DNA from: Pelagomonas calceolata
Lineage: Eukaryota
Direction of reading: 5' to 3'
NCBI GenBank assembly: GCA_918797485.1
Contig: CAKKNE010000004.1
Span: 3,348,001 to 3,412,000 of the forward strand
Length of the DNA stretch: 64,000 bases
The translations under genes were made by a program, and so were the position numbers. The notes under the pieces are model-generated. The model made no database searches, was not told where the DNA came from, and saw only the letters and a program-made list of their open reading frames with translations. Positions 51,461 through 59,776 of this stretch are shown here, piece by piece; the first letter of the stretch is position 1; each line of letters starts with the position of its first letter.

Positions 51461-54400
51461 ATGGAGCAATCCACCAAAAGCGAGCAGCAAAAAAAGCGCA
51501 TGGAGCAAGCCTTCGCGAGCGCGAAATGTGCGCCGCCGCCCATCGCCGCCGCGTTCGCCGCAGCAGAGCGAGGAAAAACGGCGGACGATCCCGACCCGCT
51601 CCTGACGACGCCGGCGCGCCGCGCGCAGCTCGCCGAGGGGCTAAAAACGAGAGGCAACGCGCACTATTCACATGGAGACGACGCCGCGGCCGTCGATGAT
51701 TATACGGCTGGCTTGAGGGCATGCCCGGAGGACAACAAGACGTTGCGCGGCGCGTTGTTATCAAATCGCGCCGCCGTCCATTTACGGAGAAAGGAGCACG
51801 ACTTGTGCATCAAAGACTGTAATGAAGCTCTGAAGCTCGACGCTAGTAGAGCCAAGTGCTACTACCGAAGAGCGGCCGCGAGGGAACAACAAGACGCGTT
51901 AGAAGACGCCTTCAAGGATTTGAAGATCTGCGTCCAGCTCGAGCCGACGAATAAGACGGCGGTCAACGCCGCGAGGCGCGTCAAGGAGAAGCTGACCGAG
52001 AAACTTAAAAAAGATAAAGCGTTTGCGACGCCGGCGGAAAGGCTCGCCCTCCAGATCTGCCAGTGCGTCGAGACCGAAGAGCTTGACGAGAGGAAGCTCG
52101 CGAACCTGTTCAAGGCCGGCGCGTCCCTAGCTATCGAAGATGAGTGTGCCGCCAAGGCGCTGTGGCGCGCCGGCGCCGGCGACCACGCCTGCCGCAAGGC
52201 CAAGGCAAAAGGTACTACTGCTGATTTACGAAAGGCTGCTGTGTGTATGCTCGGCGCCATGGCCCACAAGGCGGCCATCGCCGAGCCCTCGATGGTCTGG
52301 CAGGTCGCTGGCGTGCTGCGGAGGGAGGGCGAAGGGTTCTTTTCGACGGATGCCGCGGATTCTAGTATAGCGCTCTGCGCGGCCGTGGTGGATGCGGCGC
52401 CGGCGGAGGACGAAGAAGATGTGCAGGGAGATGCCGACGGGGACTTTGAGAGAGAAGTTGAGTTGGATCTAGACGAGGACGCGATCTCCGAGAGCGACGA
52501 CGACGAGCTGGCTCCCTCTAGACTACGAGCCGCGGCGGACGGCGCCGCGGCCGTGGTGGTATCTAGTGCTTTAAAGCACGGTTCACGGCCGACGCGCATG
52601 CGCGGGATGGACCTCCTCGTGAGGTGGCTCGCTTCAGGATCAGTGAAGGGCGCGCGCGCGAGATTGCGCAAGTTTTTGGGATTGGGTGAAGACAATCCGT
52701 TACGAAAGGGCGTGCTCGCGGGTCTGTACGAGCTGCTCGATTCCATCACTGACGACGAGCGCGTGAAGGCGCAAGCTTGTGTCGCGAGGATCCTGCGAGC
52801 CGTCGGCGACAAGGTTACCGGTGATTATATATGGGCTACGCTCCATCAAGATTTTATCGATGCGTTAATTGAGGCATCGTGTCGGACGTTTCCATTACGA
52901 GCTCCGGACGCCATTGCTGTGAACGAGGGCGCCTGGTCCTCTGATTTGTCTCAGCAGAAGCGGAAGGCTTCGTTATTAGCAGCGTGCCATTTAGCATCGA
53001 CGAACTTCGTGGTGGAGTGCCTCAAGTTTATTGATATATCAGCAATCGCGAGGTTGTGCGCGACGGACGAGCAAGGCGAAATCCTAGGCTGCGAGGCCCT
53101 CGCGGCGTGTGCTTCCTCAGAGTCAGGACGGTCTGCATTAGCTCCCTTAGTACAAGCAGGGGAATTAGAGAGGCTGATGCGGGAAGGTCGGACTACTTCA
53201 TCAAGGTCGGCCGCGGCGAGCGCCGTCGCCAAGTTAGGCTTGGCGGCCAAGGCGCTCAAAGCTGGAAGTCATGAAACGGGCAAGTTGTTGGACGCCGCGG
53301 CCCAACTACTCAAGGACGAGGACCCTGCGGCGAAGGACCGGGCGGTCGAAGTCCTCGCGGGCCTTTCGGGTTCCTCGCGCGCCAAGGAAGAGATCGCTCA
53401 TGGAAGCGGTCGTAGTGCTGCGTCTCTAGGTTCCATCTGTGACGTAGCCAAGCAGACGAAGGGCTCGGACCCGCGAGCGTATGGGCTTGCTTTGATACTG
53501 GCCAATTTGACAGTGACGAATGATGAACTACGGAGGAGGCATTTCCGAGAAAAGGAGATGGACATTAGTCCCGATCAGTACGACGAGTTCATGCGCATCA
53601 CGAAACAAAAGGATCCCGAAGACGCCGATAATGATACACCGGATCTAGCGAAAGCTCGCGCTAGGAAGTTATGTATTAATGATGGCGTCGTGGCGATAGC
53701 AACTCTAGCATCCTCGAATCCTTCCTCAGAAACAGCGTCGAAATTGGCGGATGCGCTCTGTGCTTTAGCTACTGATGTTGATATGAGAGGTACTCTCATC
53801 CAGCAGGGCGGGTTCCGGTCGGCCGTCAACTTAGCAAATAACGACAAGAATGATGATAGGTGCCGGTTATCGGCAGCCCACGCCGCGGGCAAAGTACTGA
53901 TAACGACGGACCCGCGAAAATTAACGGACGACCAGCAACTTTGTGCTATCAGACCTCTACTGTGGGCGTGCCGCCACGTCAAGGCGACCGATTTAGCTGT
54001 TTTTGAGCAACTACTCGCTCTGACGAATCTGTTGAGCCTGGGCGCGACGGCTCGAAGACGGGTGGCGGTAGAGAAAGGTATTCATGCTTTGGAATATTTA
54101 CAATTTAGTGACCATCCCGAGGTCAAGCGCGCGGCCACCGAAGCGTTATGTAACATGGTGCCTGATAGATCGATGATCAAGCACTTATCTCGTTCCGATA
54201 AAATGAAGCTGTGGCTGGCGCTGTGCCACGACGGCGTCGAGAATGATGCTCGGTTGGCGTCCGCGGCGGTCGGGTGCCTGGCCATGGCTTGTTCTGATGT
54301 AGATGTCGCTAGAGCCGTCGCCTCCAATAACGGCGCGGCGGCGTTAATAGCCGTCCTCGGGTCCGCGGACCCGTCGCTCGTGCACCGCGCGGCGTACTGT

Positions 54401-54631
54401 CTCACGGCTTGTTTGGAGGATAGTAAGGCGCGCGCGCTTCTGGCTTCTTCCGACATGAAAAGTGCAGTGGAGAAGGCCTCATCAAAATTCGCGGAGGGGC
54501 CGGCCGCTGGTGCTTTAAAGGACGCGGCCGCGGCGCTCGCGCGCGATTGGCCAGACGAGGAGGAGGAGGACCCCGTTGAAGATGATGATGCGGACATGAA
54601 GGAGCTCAATGAGTTCCTGGACGAGGAGTAA
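51461..54631 (+). CDS. UNC45: UNC-45 family myosin chaperone (TPR + UCS)
   Basis: Three TPRs (LKTRGN..SNRAA..KCYYRRA); UCS motifs RGTLIQQGG, AAHAAGK, FEQLLALTNL, RAATEALCNM. Confidence 0.88.
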   Translation: MEQSTKSEQQKKRMEQAFASAKCAPPPIAAAFAAAERGKTADDPDPLLTTPARRAQLAEGLKTRGNAHYSHGDDAAAVDDYTAGLRACPEDNKTLRGALLSNRAAVHLRRKEHDLCIKDCNEALKLDASRAKCYYRRAAAREQQDALEDAFKDLKICVQLEPTNKTAVNAARRVKEKLTEKLKKDKAFATPAERLALQICQCVETEELDERKLANLFKAGASLAIEDECAAKALWRAGAGDHACRKAKAKGTTADLRKAAVCMLGAMAHKAAIAEPSMVWQVAGVLRREGEGFFSTDAADSSIALCAAVVDAAPAEDEEDVQGDADGDFEREVELDLDEDAISESDDDELAPSRLRAAADGAAAVVVSSALKHGSRPTRMRGMDLLVRWLASGSVKGARARLRKFLGLGEDNPLRKGVLAGLYELLDSITDDERVKAQACVARILRAVGDKVTGDYIWATLHQDFIDALIEASCRTFPLRAPDAIAVNEGAWSSDLSQQKRKASLLAACHLASTNFVVECLKFIDISAIARLCATDEQGEILGCEALAACASSESGRSALAPLVQAGELERLMREGRTTSSRSAAASAVAKLGLAAKALKAGSHETGKLLDAAAQLLKDEDPAAKDRAVEVLAGLSGSSRAKEEIAHGSGRSAASLGSICDVAKQTKGSDPRAYGLALILANLTVTNDELRRRHFREKEMDISPDQYDEFMRITKQKDPEDADNDTPDLAKARARKLCINDGVVAIATLASSNPSSETASKLADALCALATDVDMRGTLIQQGGFRSAVNLANNDKNDDRCRLSAAHAAGKVLITTDPRKLTDDQQLCAIRPLLWACRHVKATDLAVFEQLLALTNLLSLGATARRRVAVEKGIHALEYLQFSDHPEVKRAATEALCNMVPDRSMIKHLSRSDKMKLWLALCHDGVENDARLASAAVGCLAMACSDVDVARAVASNNGAAALIAVLGSADPSLVHRAAYCLTACLEDSKARALLASSDMKSAVEKASSKFAEGPAAGALKDAAAALARDWPDEEEEDPVEDDDADMKELNEFLDEE

Positions 54632-54651
54632 GCCTAGTGTTGTTGATATAC

Positions 54652-55986
54652 TTACTCCGCCTCCGCCACAAGCAGGTCCAGCCCCCGGTCCGTCCGCCGC
54701 AGCGCCTCGACGGCCTCCGCGCTCTGGTCGCGGCGCAGGACGAACTGCTCGTCGAGCGCGAAGAAGGCCGCGAGCGCGTCGCGCTCCGCCGCCGTCAGCG
54801 CCGGGTGCCAGACGTCGACGGCGACGAAGCGCGCGCCGCCCGCGCCGGCGAACGTCGCGTGACGGAACGTCGTGTCCAGGAGCAGCGCCTCGCCCGGCGC
54901 GAGCGCCGTCTCGACGCCGTCGACCACAACGCCGCCGCTCCCCGCGACCAACACGTAGAGCGTCGCCGTGTAGGCCTGGAGGTCCGAGTGCGGCGCGGTG
55001 CGCGTGTCGGGCGCCTGCTCCAATAACGCGACGTGGCGCGGGCCGAGGTCCGGGACGCCCTCGAGCGCGTCGAGCAGCTGCGGGAAATGGGACCGCCCCA
55101 GCGCCGTGGCCCGGCCGTAGGCGTGCGCCGTCGCCGCCTTGCGCTCCGCGACCGGCTCCACAGCGTCCTCCTCCGCACCACCGTCGTCCAGCAACTCCGC
55201 GAGCTCGTCGCTGAAGTCGAGGGCCTCCTCCTCGCCGTCGCGGTACGCCGCGTCGAGCGCCTCGAGCGACGCCGCGAGGTCCTCGGGCGCGCCCGCGTCC
55301 TGCGTGGACATCTTGAGCGGCTCCGACTCGAGCTCGCCGAACTCCTCCATGATGCCCTCGCCGAACTCGTCCTCGGCCTTGCTGTCGAGGTCGAGAAACT
55401 TGTTCTCGTCGCTCGTTGCCTCGCTCGTTTCTACTTCGGGCACCGCGGCGAGCTCGCTCCCGGCCAGACCCGCCACCGTCTGGCCGAACGATGCGGCCCA
55501 CGCCGGCAGCTCGAGCTTAGGTTGGGTCTCGAGCCCGGGGTACGCGTGGAGCGCGGAGACGACGCGGCGCCCGTCGCCGTCCTCGGCGAGCGCCGAGGCC
55601 GCGTACCGCGATACGAACTCCGTCCGGTTCCGCTGGTTCGCGCTCAGCGACAGCACGCGGTGCAGCGTCAGAAAGTGCCGCAGGCGCGCGCCCGCCGCCG
55701 CGTCGGCGCTCTCGACGGCCCGGCACTGCGCCTCGCCGTCGAACTCGCGCCAGAAGGCCGCGTCCCAGGCCGGTGATTTCGTTCGGCTGTCGCCGCGGTA
55801 GAGCGCGGCTTTGGCCTCGAGCGCCTCCTCGAGGGCCTCGAGCGTCTCGAGCTCGTCGCTCGCCGGCGCGTCGAAGAGCGACGGCGCGGCGCCGGCGCGC
55901 GTGGCCGCCGTGCGCGGGCGGGGCGCCGCCTGCAGCGCGGCGCTCCTCGCGAGGGCAAGCGCGATGCATGCTGTCCGGAGCGCCAT
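54652..55986 (-). CDS. Aspartyl/asparaginyl beta-hydroxylase domain protein, probably plastid-targeted
   Basis: PDTRTAPHSD, GEALLLDTTFRH, VDVWHPALT. Confidence 0.8.
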   Translation of the reverse strand: MALRTACIALALARSAALQAAPRPRTAATRAGAAPSLFDAPASDELETLEALEEALEAKAALYRGDSRTKSPAWDAAFWREFDGEAQCRAVESADAAAGARLRHFLTLHRVLSLSANQRNRTEFVSRYAASALAEDGDGRRVVSALHAYPGLETQPKLELPAWAASFGQTVAGLAGSELAAVPEVETSEATSDENKFLDLDSKAEDEFGEGIMEEFGELESEPLKMSTQDAGAPEDLAASLEALDAAYRDGEEEALDFSDELAELLDDGGAEEDAVEPVAERKAATAHAYGRATALGRSHFPQLLDALEGVPDLGPRHVALLEQAPDTRTAPHSDLQAYTATLYVLVAGSGGVVVDGVETALAPGEALLLDTTFRHATFAGAGGARFVAVDVWHPALTAAERDALAAFFALDEQFVLRRDQSAEAVEALRRTDRGLDLLVAEAE

Positions 55987-56138
55987 CGCTTTTTGGTTGC
56001 AGCAATGTGCTGCTCGGCGCTATGCAACAAAAGCTAGTCAGCGAAGCAATGCAGCGCGTTTCAGAGCGAATAATGCAAACTGTCTCGCAGTGTCGTTTGC
56101 AATGCCGCGTGTGTGGAGCACACCAGCCGCAAGTATTC

Positions 56139-56161
56139 CTAGTGCCTTACAGGCCGCTAGC
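56139..56161 (+). promoter_or_regulatory. CTAG-dyad upstream motif
   Basis: CTAGTGCCTTACAGGCCGCTAGC. Confidence 0.7.
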
Positions 56162-56476
56162 TAATTCCACGCAACCCAGTCGCAATCCTATTGTGTGGTT
56201 GCTACGGCCGTAGGTCCAACGCAGGACGTCAACAGAGCGCATCCGCGCAGCCCTCTCTTGCTCTTTTCAGTGCGCGCACGTTGCTGCAGCAAGCGCGGCC
56301 GAGCAATCAAGTTCCCAGCCATCCGAGGAAACCGCTGCGCACGCGCGGAGCGATCATCAACCACGCGCCTACGCCAGTCGTAGTCGTAGCGTAGCATCCG
56401 CGCCACACCAACGCGCCGCAGCGATCATCAACACGCCAGGATCACCGCGTAGCGTAGACGCGCCCCACCACCAACC

Positions 56477-57115
56477 ATGGTCCAGATCGAGATCCCCACC
56501 GAGTTCGAGCCCCACATGGTCGAGAAGATTAGAAGTGGAGCGCTCGTGCTCTTCTCGCTCCTAAGCTTCTGGCTCATGTCGTCGGCGAACACGAGCCACC
56601 ACGCGCAGTTCCATTATGAATGGTATCCGTCGTTGACGTTTTTTGTGTGGGTCGGCGTGCTGAGCTTCTTGTATTCGGGAGGGTTGCTGGTCGCGCAGCA
56701 TCTCAACATGCTCGACGGCGAGCTTGGTTTAAGCTTACAACAAAAGGGGCCCTACGTCCTGCTCTTCCTGACGTACACGGCGGCCGTCGCGGCCTCGGCC
56801 ACTTCCTCTGATCTGCACCAGGTCTTCGACGTCAACGACGGGCCGGTCTGCCGCTCGCGCATCTCCAACTCGCGGGCCGAGGCGGGCGCGCACTTCTGCG
56901 GCGACTTGGTGGCGGCCTGCGTCTTCATGTACTTCCTGAGCGCGACGTACGCGCTCACGATCGCCCTGCGTTCAGGAATGGGCGGAGGCTTCGCGACGGA
57001 AATGACGGGCGGCGGCGTGACGGACGGCTTCGCGGGGAGCACGGGGTACAACGACCTCGACGCGGCGGCCAAGGCGGACATGCGTCCGCCCGGCCCGCCG
57101 CAGATGAATATCTAA
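56477..57115 (+). CDS. Four-TM MARVEL/CASP-like membrane protein
   Basis: Four hydrophobic helices; FLTYTAAVAA...FC...AACVFMYF pattern. Confidence 0.7.
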   Translation: MVQIEIPTEFEPHMVEKIRSGALVLFSLLSFWLMSSANTSHHAQFHYEWYPSLTFFVWVGVLSFLYSGGLLVAQHLNMLDGELGLSLQQKGPYVLLFLTYTAAVAASATSSDLHQVFDVNDGPVCRSRISNSRAEAGAHFCGDLVAACVFMYFLSATYALTIALRSGMGGGFATEMTGGGVTDGFAGSTGYNDLDAAAKADMRPPGPPQMNI

Positions 57116-57276
57116 GCAGCTTCTTAACTAGTATGAACAGACAGAGAGCGAGGGCAGCAGGGCCTCTGGCGGAAGGAGCGGGTGCGGGTTTCCTCGGCCC
57201 GGCGTGACCTCCCCGGGAGGTCACAACGGGCGTCATAGCGCGGCTTCCGAGGCGGCATACGGGAATTTGAGTGCCG

Positions 57277-57993
57277 TCAAGACACGGCCACGTCGTCGAG
57301 ATAAATCGTGTCGTCCTCAGGCGCGGCGCACTCGACGGGCCGTCGTATGGACGGTAGTTTCGGCGGCGGCGGTGCGTGCCGTACGAAGCACCGGTGCGCG
57401 AGCGCGAGCCCCACACCGGCGACCGCCAGCCCCACGAGACATAACGCGACGATGCCCAGCACGAGGGGCCACGACGTCCCGTCCGACGACTTCTTATCAG
57501 CAACAGAGCAGCCCCCGTCCCAGTAGGCCTGGGGGCACATGACGACGATGTCGAGGTCAGAAACGCACGCGGACCCCTCCTCGCCTAAGATAGATACGGT
57601 CCGCCGATCCAAGACCGTCTCCCCGTCACATGCATAGACCATGGACCCATCACCTTTCTCCGTGCCGCTCTCGTCGTGAATTGACAGCGTCGCCGAAGTA
57701 CAAGAGCAACTTTCCACAGTCAGCGTGCGCGTCGGGACCTCGTCGGGGTCGGGGCTCGCGACGCCCCCGAGCACCGCTAAGGCAGGCGTGCAGTTGCCCA
57801 CGCGCCCGCTGCAGCCCGTGACGCCGGCTGCCGACGACGCCGCGCAGCCCAAATACGCGAGGTCGTTGCAGGCGGAACCGCTTTCGTAGAACTTGACCTT
57901 CCACTCGGGCCGCGTGTTCGCGTTGCCGTCGTTCGTGGCCGCGGCGATCGTTGCTATCGTAAGCAGTCCTGCCGCCGTTCCGAGCGGGTACAT
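57277..57993 (-). CDS. Cys-rich type I membrane protein in an accessory interval
   Basis: Signal peptide, Cys-rich ectodomain, TM WPLVLGIVALCLVGLAVAGVGLAL, Pro-rich tail. Confidence 0.65.
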   Translation of the reverse strand: MYPLGTAAGLLTIATIAAATNDGNANTRPEWKVKFYESGSACNDLAYLGCAASSAAGVTGCSGRVGNCTPALAVLGGVASPDPDEVPTRTLTVESCSCTSATLSIHDESGTEKGDGSMVYACDGETVLDRRTVSILGEEGSACVSDLDIVVMCPQAYWDGGCSVADKKSSDGTSWPLVLGIVALCLVGLAVAGVGLALAHRCFVRHAPPPPKLPSIRRPVECAAPEDDTIYLDDVAVS

Positions 57994-58036
57994 TCTTGTG
58001 TGTGTAGACCCCGGTCGCGCGCGCGCCGCGCGCGAC

Positions 58037-58149
58037 CGCCTGTTTTTAGATTACGGTCGAGCAGGAAGGACGCTCGACCCGACGCGCTACGAGCGCACGT
58101 CGCCTGTTTTTAGATTAAGGTCGAGCAGGAAGGTCGCTCGACCGCGCTA
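58037..58149. repeat. Two tandem copies (64-bp period), each with a GGTCGAGC-N9-GCTCGACC hairpin
   Basis: Copies start at 58037 and 58101. Confidence 0.85.
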
Positions 58150-58585
58150 TTTTTCGCCTGCTTTGGCTAATATGCTGCGGACCCCCACCGCTCAAAGGGG
58201 GCAGCCGCGTCGCCGCACCCACAGCAGCGATGGACAGGGGCTCGTGACGCGCGGCCCGCACGCTGCAGCGCGTCTCGCGCGTCGCGGCCACGGCGTCACA
58301 ATCACAAGACGGCCGGCTCCCAAAATGTTGAAGGCAACAAAGGGGGACAAAGGGGGGTGATCTGCGCGCGCGGGGGCGGACCGCTCGCGCCGGTCATCGG
58401 TGTGGGCTGCGTTGTTGGAAGGCTCTACGCGGAACTCGGGGTGGTGTTAGGAAAGGCGCGGCTCTAGAGCGCGGCCCGCGCCCGTCACGCGACCACCAGG
58501 CCTACCACCTACCACCATTCGACCACCCGCCGATGACCCGGCGTAACTGTGCCATCATAGTAGGTACGTTACAAACTGGCGTTAG

Positions 58586-59278
58586 TTAGCCCGACCGCCG
58601 CGGGTCGGGCCGCCCGCGGACCGCGAACGAGACGTTGTTCTCGCGGTAGTCGTGGCCCGGCGGCGCCGACGCGACGACGCGCCGCGCGCCGGCGCGTTCG
58701 TTTTCCTCCGGGCCCCAGAGGAAGTCCAGCGTCGCCGCCGCCGCGTCGGCAGCATCGTCATCAGCGCCGGCCTCGAGCGTCGCCGCGCCGAGCGCCCGCA
58801 CGTCGAGGCGCGCCTCCTCCATCGTGTAGCTCGTAACAATAATTGGAATGGAGGTCCGCAGCAGCCCCATCAACGTCGGCCGCCACGAGTCGTAGCCCCA
58901 GAAGCCTGGGTGGAAGGCTATGACCACATCCGGCGCGGCCCGCCACACGCGCCTGTTGTCGACGTCGTACGCGCCCGCGTCGTGCGTCACGCGCACGCGG
59001 CCCCGGTACGCCCGCGCGGGGCGGTCGCGCACGTCGGGCCCCACGACCAAAACGTCGAGCGTCTGGACCTTGAGCGCGTCCGCGAGCAGGATCCACAGAT
59101 CATCATTTCCCTCAACGTGGGGCTGGCCGCCGATGGCATGCACCGTCAAGACCTTCTTTTTGAATCCGAGCTTCCTGATCGACGCCGCGGCCGTCGCGAC
59201 GAAGGACGGGTCCACCTTCTGCTTTGCGACGGCGCGCATGACGAGCTGCGCGAAGGACGGTTCGTCGTTGCTCGCCAT
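58586..59278 (-). CDS. MSS51/ZMYND15-like C-terminal domain protein
   Basis: LVVGPD, PDVVIAFHPGFWGYDSWRPTL, PIIVTSYT.EEA. Confidence 0.7.
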   Translation of the reverse strand: MASNDEPSFAQLVMRAVAKQKVDPSFVATAAASIRKLGFKKKVLTVHAIGGQPHVEGNDDLWILLADALKVQTLDVLVVGPDVRDRPARAYRGRVRVTHDAGAYDVDNRRVWRAAPDVVIAFHPGFWGYDSWRPTLMGLLRTSIPIIVTSYTMEEARLDVRALGAATLEAGADDDAADAAAATLDFLWGPEENERAGARRVVASAPPGHDYRENNVSFAVRGRPDPRRSG

Positions 59279-59280
59279 GG

Positions 59281-59448
59281 CTACGTCTGCCGGAACGCCG
59301 CGCCAACACCAATAACGCACGCCAAAAAGAGCGCCGCCGGGCCCGCGTGCCGCCCGCGCATCTGTAGCGCGGCCGCCGCGCCGCCGACCATGAAACCCGT
59401 CACTCCTCCGATGGCGCCCGCCTTCGCTTTGCGCTCCCACACGCCCAT
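59281..59448 (-). CDS. Romo1/Mgr2-like small mitochondrial membrane protein (55 aa)
   Basis: MGVWERKAKAGAIGGVTGFMVGG...PAALFLACVIGVGAAFR: two Gly-rich TMs with a family-like GxxFR end. Confidence 0.6.
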   Translation of the reverse strand: MGVWERKAKAGAIGGVTGFMVGGAAAALQMRGRHAGPAALFLACVIGVGAAFRQT

Positions 59449-59661
59449 TTGCTTTTGCTTTTGCTTGTGTCTGCCGCTGCAGCCAGCTCCTCGACACTGC
59501 ACAGAGTGGGTGTCTGCGGGCAAGTGGGCAGCAATGCTCGCGCGCTTCAGGCGTCAACAGCTGTGTGTTCGCACGGATCTCAGCGTGGATTATCTGCTTG
59601 AGATCACGCTTGATGAGATCACGCTTGATTACGCAAAAACGCCTGCAACGCAAATCGAGGG

Positions 59662-59685
59662 GCTAGCGTCCAGTAAGACACTAGC
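59662..59685 (-). promoter_or_regulatory. CTAG-dyad upstream motif
   Basis: + strand GCTAGCGTCCAGTAAGACACTAGC, ~210 bp before ATG 59448. Confidence 0.7.
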
Positions 59686-59694
59686 AAGTAAACT

Positions 59695-59745
59695 GGGGGA
59701 GCGGGAGGGGTACGGGGGACCCTGCGACGTAACTAGCCTGAGCCT
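59695..59745 (-). repeat. Second copy of the 6436-6486 repeat
   Basis: 48/51 identity as reverse complement. Confidence 0.85.
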
Positions 59746-59776
59746 GTAAAAAGGAGACAAAACAACACTAAACAGT

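Noticed and set aside
51862..52812. Long antisense and alternative-frame ORFs, here and throughout the window
   Set aside because: Shadow ORFs expected from high GC and codon bias opposite real genes.
56341..56475. Imperfect ~70-bp tandem duplication, plus short 13-15-bp duplications near 16008, 29803 and 59599
   Set aside because: Two-copy local duplications in UTR or intergenic DNA with no evidence of function.
57128..57224. Helitron 3' end (hairpin + CTAG)
   Set aside because: The hairpin is ~75 nt from the CTAG, too far for a canonical terminus, and no Rep/helicase is seen.
231..59685. CTAG-dyad motif read as CRISPR or REP repeats
   Set aside because: Copies are isolated, kilobases apart and tied to gene starts; no spacers or cas genes; eukaryotic context.
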